This document shows, one piece after another, positions 26,631-32,000 of a DNA stretch of 32,000 nucleotides. Position 1 is the first letter of the stretch; each line of letters starts with the position of its first letter. The position numbers and the translations under genes are program-made. This DNA comes from Mycolicibacterium smegmatis (GTDB lineage: Bacteria; Actinomycetota; Actinomycetes; Mycobacteriales; Mycobacteriaceae). The stretch lies in assembly GCF_001457595.1 (NCBI RefSeq), contig NZ_LN831039.1, positions 360,001 through 392,000 of the forward strand. Reading direction: 5' to 3'. The notes below the pieces were generated by a model that saw only the letters and a list, made by a program, of their open reading frames with translations, did not search any database and had not been told where the DNA came from.

Positions 26631-26636
26631 TAGAGT
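26631..26636 (+). promoter_or_regulatory. Candidate -10 TAGAGT for the eptABC operon
   Basis: TAGAGT fits the TANNNT -10 pattern, in the 145-bp divergent gap between the O-methyltransferase and eptA and upstream of the RBS GGAGG/ATG 26675. Confidence 0.35.
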
Positions 26637-26674
26637 AGGGCCGATGCATACGCTGCGGATCGGAGGGAAGCGAC

Positions 26675-28141
26675 ATGCCCGACGCTGATGTCGGTCGTCC
26701 GTCGTTGCAGCGGCTCCACGAGCTCAACCGTGAGGTGGCCGAGTCGCGGTCGGTGCGGCTGCTCGTGGCCAACAACCTGGCCGGATACCTCACGCTGATG
26801 GAACGTCACCTCGATCGCGGGACCAAGCTCACCGAGCCCGAACTCGTCGCCCGGCTCGAGCGCGATCTGGCCGATCTGGGCGCCGACGGCGAGCAGTCGG
26901 GGCTGGCGCTCATCAAGTACTGGGCGAGCCAGGGCTGGCTGCACCGCATCACCGAACAGGCCGGCGACGGTGAGCGCAACGTCTGCTACCTGACCTACGA
27001 GGCCCGCGCGGTCCTCGACTTTGCCCGCCGGATGCGCCGCGAGGACACCATCGCCACCGGCGGCTCGATCGCGGGCATCGCGGCGGGTCTGCGCAGGGTG
27101 GCCGGTCAGGTCAGCAACGACCCCGAGCGCATCCGCGCCGACATCGAGGCCGAGATCGACCGTCTGCGCGCCGAACTCGACGCGCTCGACGAGGGACGCC
27201 GCCCCGAGCCCGACCCGCTGGACGTCGAGGACGAGGCGCGTGCGATCGCACTGCAGATGGAACAGATCATCTCCGACATCGGGCAGTACGGCGCGATGCT
27301 GAACCGCATCACCACACGCCTGCTCGACGCGTCGGCCGACAGCGACGTCGGCTACCGCGAACGCCAGCGGCAGCTGTTCGACGACTACGAATCGCTGTTC
27401 GCGTCGCGCGAGAGCGCGTCGTACACCGCGTTCACGCGCATGATCCAGGATCCCGAGCAGCGCGCCGCGCTGGTGGCCGACATCGAGCTGGTGACCAGCC
27501 AGCTGCCGCAGCTCGACCCGAGCCTGCGCGAGGTGATGTCCGGGTTCTTCACGCTGGTGTCGGCGCAGACCGCCGAGGTTGGCCGCACCCGTCAGCGGTG
27601 TGCACGCCGCATCAAGCGCTTCGTGGCGTCGGGCACGCTGGAGGAGAGCCGTGGCGTCACCCGCCAGCTCAACGATGCCCTTGCGGCCGCCAACGCCCTG
27701 CTGAGCGTGTCCCTGGCCGACAGCCGCGTCGGGTTCGAGGTCCCTCTGGCGCGTGCCGACTTCAACTCGATCGGCGCGGTGGCGTTCAAGATCCGCGACG
27801 CGGTGCCGCCCACGCCCGCGCAGCCGTCCGAGGGCGAGGTGAATCTGTCGGCGTTCGGCGCGCTCGCCGCGCAGGTCGACGCCACCGAACTCGCCGAACT
27901 CGTCAACGACACCGTCGTGTCGCGGCCGCTGCCGCTCAACGAGGCCATCGGCATGCTCGACTCGGCGTATCTCGGCCACGTCATCGTGCTGTGGTCGTGG
28001 GCCCTCAAGCAGCCTGCCGTCGGCAACGCCGAGTCGGTGCGGGTGCGGTTCCGTTCTCTGGAAGGCCCCGACCGCGAAATCGAAGTGCCGAAACTGGTTT
28101 TCACCGAACCGATCCCGATCGTCAGCGAGAGTTTGTTATGA
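26675..28141 (+). CDS. eptA: Wadjet anti-plasmid system subunit JetA/MksF (DUF3375), mycobacterial EptA
   Basis: [52 protein letters not shown]..., kleisin-like partner. First gene of an overlapping operon with eptB and eptC. RBS GGAGG at about 26662. Confidence 0.88.
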   Translation: MPDADVGRPSLQRLHELNREVAESRSVRLLVANNLAGYLTLMERHLDRGTKLTEPELVARLERDLADLGADGEQSGLALIKYWASQGWLHRITEQAGDGERNVCYLTYEARAVLDFARRMRREDTIATGGSIAGIAAGLRRVAGQVSNDPERIRADIEAEIDRLRAELDALDEGRRPEPDPLDVEDEARAIALQMEQIISDIGQYGAMLNRITTRLLDASADSDVGYRERQRQLFDDYESLFASRESASYTAFTRMIQDPEQRAALVADIELVTSQLPQLDPSLREVMSGFFTLVSAQTAEVGRTRQRCARRIKRFVASGTLEESRGVTRQLNDALAAANALLSVSLADSRVGFEVPLARADFNSIGAVAFKIRDAVPPTPAQPSEGEVNLSAFGALAAQVDATELAELVNDTVVSRPLPLNEAIGMLDSAYLGHVIVLWSWALKQPAVGNAESVRVRFRSLEGPDREIEVPKLVFTEPIPIVSESLL

Positions 28142-28860
28142 GCGACACGTCCATCGACTTCGACGCGCTACCGAGCATCGACGCGGTCGAACGTTCCGCA
28201 CCGGAACGCCGCGCCCCGCGGTTCGACGGTGACGTCTCAGAGTTGCCCGACCGGGCGTGCTGGGCCCTGCAGCACCTGCTGTCGCGGCGCTACATCAGCA
28301 AGCACAACCACACCGAGCTGTGGTCGTGGGTCACCCGGTACCGCACCGAGCTCACGGTGCGGCTGTCCGAACTCGACCTGCGGCTCGTGGTGTCCGATGA
28401 CCACGAGATCGCCTACGTCGAGCAGGCCGAATACGAATCTCACTGGCGCCGTAAGCTGTTGCGCCGCGAGACACTCAACACCTACGACTCGATCCTGGCG
28501 CTGCACCTCGCCAAGCTCATGCGCAGCGCGAACCGCGACGAGAACGTGCTGATCACCCGCGAGGACATCCACGAGTTGTTCGCCGCCGTGAACAACGACA
28601 CCGACCGTGACGTCGCGTCGTTCGACCGGCGCATCGACAACGCGATCGAGCGGTTGACCGACATCGAGATCCTGGTCCGCAACCGCGAGGACGAGGACAG
28701 CTTCACGATCAGCCCTGTGATCAACGCGATCATGACCGCGTCGACGATCACCGAGCTGACCCAGCAGTTCGAACAACTCAGGCGCGCCGCGAGCGGCGAC
28801 CCGGATCCAGACCCCGACCCAGCCGCAGCCGAGGATGAAGTGGACGCCGATGGCATCTGA
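28138..28860 (+). CDS. eptB: Wadjet subunit JetB/MksE (DUF4194), EptB
   Basis: [57 protein letters not shown]... Overlaps eptA by ATGA. Short acidic/Pro tail DPDPDPDP. Confidence 0.87.
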   Translation: MSDTSIDFDALPSIDAVERSAPERRAPRFDGDVSELPDRACWALQHLLSRRYISKHNHTELWSWVTRYRTELTVRLSELDLRLVVSDDHEIAYVEQAEYESHWRRKLLRRETLNTYDSILALHLAKLMRSANRDENVLITREDIHELFAAVNNDTDRDVASFDRRIDNAIERLTDIEILVRNREDEDSFTISPVINAIMTASTITELTQQFEQLRRAASGDPDPDPDPAAAEDEVDADGI

Positions 28861-31800
28861 ACCGACCAACCAGTTCTATCTGTCACGTCTGCAGGTCATC
28901 AACTGGGGCGTGTTCGACGGATATCACTCGATCCCGTTCAGCCCCGCGGGCACGCTGATCACCGGTTCGTCTGGGAGCGGCAAATCCTCTCTGCTGGACG
29001 CGATCTCGCTGGCGTTCCTACCGTCACACCGACGCAACTTCAACGCCTCGGGTGACACCACCGCGGCGGGTTCGGGCACCGGCAAGCGCACGGTCGACAA
29101 GTACGTGCGCGGCGCGTGGGGCGAACGCAGGGACGGCACCAGCCGTCAGATCATGTACCTGCGCGGCACCGGACCGGCCTGGTCGGCCGTGGCGGTCACC
29201 TACTCCGACCGCACCGGGCGTGCCGTGACCGGCCTTGTCCTCAAATGGCTTGCCGCCGAGAAGACCTCGGATCCAGGAAGTCGCTACTACCTCATCGACG
29301 ACGACCGCGACATCTTCGACCTGTGCAACCGGTGGGCTGCAGGCGGGTACGACGCCTCGGTGTTCCGCGAGGCGGGCTGGAACGGCGGCCGCAGCGAGAG
29401 TCAGTACCTGGCGCAGCTGTACTCGATCATCGGCATCCGGGCCTCCGAGGCGGCGCAGCAGCTGCTCGGAAAGGCCAAGTCGCTCAAGAGCGTCGGCGGT
29501 CTCGAGCAGTTCGTCCGCGAGTTCATGCTCGATGAGCCGGCGAGCCTCGCGGGCGTCGACGAGGCGCTCGAGCAGATCAACCCGCTCGTCGAGGCGCGCG
29601 GCATGCTCGACGTGGCGCGGCGCAAACGCAACACGCTCGGCAACATCGAGGCCGTGCAGGCGCGCTACGCCGACGAGGCCGCGAAGTTCGGTGTGATCGA
29701 CACGATCGACAACGCCATGGTGCGCGACTACGTCGACCAGTTGCGGCTGCAGCAGGCGGGCCCGGAGATCGAGAACCTCGACGACCAGATCAACCAGCTC
29801 GGGGCGCAGCGCGACGACTTCGGCGCGCAGCAACGCCAGCTCAAGAACGAGCACAACGCGTTGATGGCGCAGATCAACTCGGCCTCGGTCGATCTCGTGC
29901 CGCTGCAGCAGCGGCTCAGCGAGGCCGAGAAGCTCGCCGACGAGGTGGGCCGCAGGCGCGGGGCGTACGAGGACAAGGTCACCGCGCTGCAGCTCACACC
30001 GCCCGACACGGCCGAGGAGTTCTGGTCGTTGCGCGAGACCCTCATGGAGGAGGCCGACCGGCTGCACCGCGAGCTGTTCACCGGCAACCAGGCCTACGTC
30101 GAGGCGTCGGCGAAAGAGGTGCGTGCCCGCGAGGCGCGTGACGCCGTCCAGACCGAGCTGGAACGCGTGCGGCGCCTCGGCTCGTCGCTGCCCAAGACCG
30201 AGTACGAGATGCGGGCCCGCATCGCGCGGGCGATCGGCATCCCCGAGCGCGACCTGATGTACGTCGCCGAGCTCATGGAGCTCAAGCCCGATGAGAGCCG
30301 CTGGCGCATGGCGGTCGAGAAGGTGCTGCGCGGCGCCGGTCTGCGGCTGCTCGTTCCCGAGGCACACCTCGACGCGGCCCTGCGGTTCGTCAACGAGAAC
30401 GACATGCGCGGGCGCATCCAGTTGCAGCACGTCAAGCACGACGCCCAGTTGCGCACACCCCTCGAGGGGACGCTGGCGTCCAAGCTGCAGGTCGTCGACC
30501 CCACGCATGACAGCGCGGTCGAGGCGCTCAACGTCATCGCGTCGGTCGGCGACTACATGTGCGTCGACAGTCCCGACGAGTTCACGACACACACCCGTGC
30601 GGTCACCGACCAGGGCCTGCGCAAGGACAGCGGGCGGCTGTCGATCAAGGACGACCGGTCCAAGCTTCGTCCGTCCGACTACATCTTCGTCGGCGGCACG
30701 GAGGCGAAAGTGGCCGCGCTGCAGGCGGATCTGGCCGCGGCAGAGGATGTCTACGCGGCGGCCCGCAAGGCGCGCGAACGGCTCGACCAGCACCGCGCGG
30801 CGCTGCAGGCGCGTGAACGGGCCTGCCGGGCGCTGTGTGACCAGTACATGCAGTGGACCGACATCGACACCGACTCGGCAGACGAGGCACTGACCCGCCT
30901 GCAGGACGAACTCGATCTGCTGGTGTCCGACAACCCCGACGTCGAGAAACTGCAGCAGCGCGCCGACGAATGCTGGGGGCGCGTCGAGAAGGTCATCCAG
31001 CAGATCGGCTCGCTCAACGAACGCGAGACACTGCTCGACAACCGGCGCACCGCACTTCTCGAGCTCACCGAGCGGCTCAAGCCCGGCGAGATCTCGCAGC
31101 ATGCGCGCGACACCCTCGACGGGTACGCAGCAGACATCGCGCTACCGCTGGACCTGCTCGACTCCGAGCCGTTCCGCAACGAACTCGTGCGCGTCATCGG
31201 CCGCGAACGTGACCGGTTGCGTGCCGACCGCAACCGCAGCCACGACGAGCTCGCGGGCATCATGGCGGCCTACGACAGCTCGTTCCCCGACGCGATCCCC
31301 AACGACAGCGACGATTTCGACGAGCGCGTGCACGACTACGTGGCGCTGTGCCGGCGAATCGACGAGCGTGAACTGCCCGACGCCTACGAGCGCATGCAGC
31401 GGCTCATCACCGAACAGGCACCTGGCGCGATCCTCAACCTGCACATGATCGCCGACAACGAGGCGCGGCGGATCACCGAGCAGATCGCGCGCGTCAACAC
31501 CGGGCTCGGCGCGGTCGAGTTCAACCGCGGTACGCGGCTCACGCTGCACGCGGGCACGCGTCACCTCGCGGCCGTCGACGAGCTCAACGAGATGGCCCAG
31601 CGCATCTCGGCGCGGGTGTCACTCGTGAGCTTCGGCGACGAGACCGCGATGTTCGAGCAGTACACCGACATCCTGCAGCTGCGGAAACTGTTGGCGGGCA
31701 ATACGCCCGAGGACCGGCAGTGGACGCGCGACGCCCTCGACGTGCGCAACCGGTTCGTGCTGTACTGCGAGGAGCGAGACGCCGAGACCGGCGTGGTGAT

Positions 31801-32000
31801 CCGCACGTACAGCAATTCCGGGGACAACTCGGGCGGTGAGCAGGAGAAGCTCATGGCGTTCTGCCTGGCGGGCGCGCTGAGCTTCAACCTCGCCAGCCCT
31901 GGCAGCGCCGACACCAGGCCGATGTTCGCGCAGCTGATGCTCGACGAGGCGTTCTCGAAGTCCGATCCGCAGTTCGCGCAGCAGGCGCTGTCGGCGTTCC
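28850..32000 (+). CDS. eptC: Wadjet SMC-like ATPase JetC/MksB, EptC (truncated by window end; 1050 codons visible)
   Basis: Manual translation from ATG 28850, [58 protein letters not shown]..., no in-frame stop to 32000. Walker A 28964-28990, coiled coils with central hinge-like region, SGGEQEK signature 31829-31849, Walker B LMLDEAF 31934-31954. Not in the ORF track because it is open at the edge. Confidence 0.95.
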   Translation, partial: MASEPTNQFYLSRLQVINWGVFDGYHSIPFSPAGTLITGSSGSGKSSLLDAISLAFLPSHRRNFNASGDTTAAGSGTGKRTVDKYVRGAWGERRDGTSRQIMYLRGTGPAWSAVAVTYSDRTGRAVTGLVLKWLAAEKTSDPGSRYYLIDDDRDIFDLCNRWAAGGYDASVFREAGWNGGRSESQYLAQLYSIIGIRASEAAQQLLGKAKSLKSVGGLEQFVREFMLDEPASLAGVDEALEQINPLVEARGMLDVARRKRNTLGNIEAVQARYADEAAKFGVIDTIDNAMVRDYVDQLRLQQAGPEIENLDDQINQLGAQRDDFGAQQRQLKNEHNALMAQINSASVDLVPLQQRLSEAEKLADEVGRRRGAYEDKVTALQLTPPDTAEEFWSLRETLMEEADRLHRELFTGNQAYVEASAKEVRAREARDAVQTELERVRRLGSSLPKTEYEMRARIARAIGIPERDLMYVAELMELKPDESRWRMAVEKVLRGAGLRLLVPEAHLDAALRFVNENDMRGRIQLQHVKHDAQLRTPLEGTLASKLQVVDPTHDSAVEALNVIASVGDYMCVDSPDEFTTHTRAVTDQGLRKDSGRLSIKDDRSKLRPSDYIFVGGTEAKVAALQADLAAAEDVYAAARKARERLDQHRAALQARERACRALCDQYMQWTDIDTDSADEALTRLQDELDLLVSDNPDVEKLQQRADECWGRVEKVIQQIGSLNERETLLDNRRTALLELTERLKPGEISQHARDTLDGYAADIALPLDLLDSEPFRNELVRVIGRERDRLRADRNRSHDELAGIMAAYDSSFPDAIPNDSDDFDERVHDYVALCRRIDERELPDAYERMQRLITEQAPGAILNLHMIADNEARRITEQIARVNTGLGAVEFNRGTRLTLHAGTRHLAAVDELNEMAQRISARVSLVSFGDETAMFEQYTDILQLRKLLAGNTPEDRQWTRDALDVRNRFVLYCEERDAETGVVIRTYSNSGDNSGGEQEKLMAFCLAGALSFNLASPGSADTRPMFAQLMLDEAFSKSDPQFAQQALSAF

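Noticed and set aside
28790-28830. (DP)4 repeat-coding stretch as a possible microsatellite element
   Set aside because: Short and imperfect at nucleotide level, and better explained as an acidic disordered tail of EptB.
29024-31102. 692-aa ORF on the minus strand opposite eptC
   Set aside because: Low-complexity, compositionally skewed translation typical of antisense frames in high-GC DNA. The sense strand clearly encodes the SMC-like ATPase.
28850-32000. Suspicion that eptC is a pseudogene because no long plus ORF is listed
   Set aside because: Line-by-line reading shows no in-frame stop. The ORF track omits it only because it is open at the window edge.
1-32000. CRISPR arrays, tRNA/rRNA genes, IS elements or prophage genes
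   Set aside because: No spaced direct repeats, no cloverleaf-like or rRNA sequence and no transposase/integrase motifs were recognised by reading. A formal tRNAscan/ISfinder run was not possible.

Overview
High-GC actinobacterial chromosome, almost certainly a fast-growing Mycolicibacterium close to M. smegmatis (inferred from remembered protein similarity and gene order; no search was run). The window starts in zwf (minus strand). It continues through a ROK-type regulator, a cell-envelope block (Rv0226c-like membrane protein, DUF3068 protein, TmaT/Rv0228-like acyltransferase), an acyl-CoA ligase/php pair, a large LuxR-type ATPase regulator, small VOC and GNAT genes, an MFS exporter with an R2lox oxidase, aftD with a tiny DUF2613 gene, lpqI/nagZ-like, an amidohydrolase and a TetR gene. 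Next comes a type-VII-secretion-like triad: a small helical protein, a WXG plus alpha/beta hydrolase, and a lipoprotein. The window ends in a SMC-like anti-plasmid system, Wadjet/JetABC = MksFEB = mycobacterial eptABC. The third gene (JetC/EptC ATPase) is missing from the ORF track because it runs off the edge. I followed it line by line and it is open from 28850 to 32000, with intact Walker A, signature and Walker B motifs. The system itself is already described. The best less-characterised candidates are the T7SS hydrolase/lipoprotein triad beside it, the MFS-R2lox pair and the ligase-phosphotriesterase pair. No tRNA, rRNA, CRISPR array or mobile element was found.
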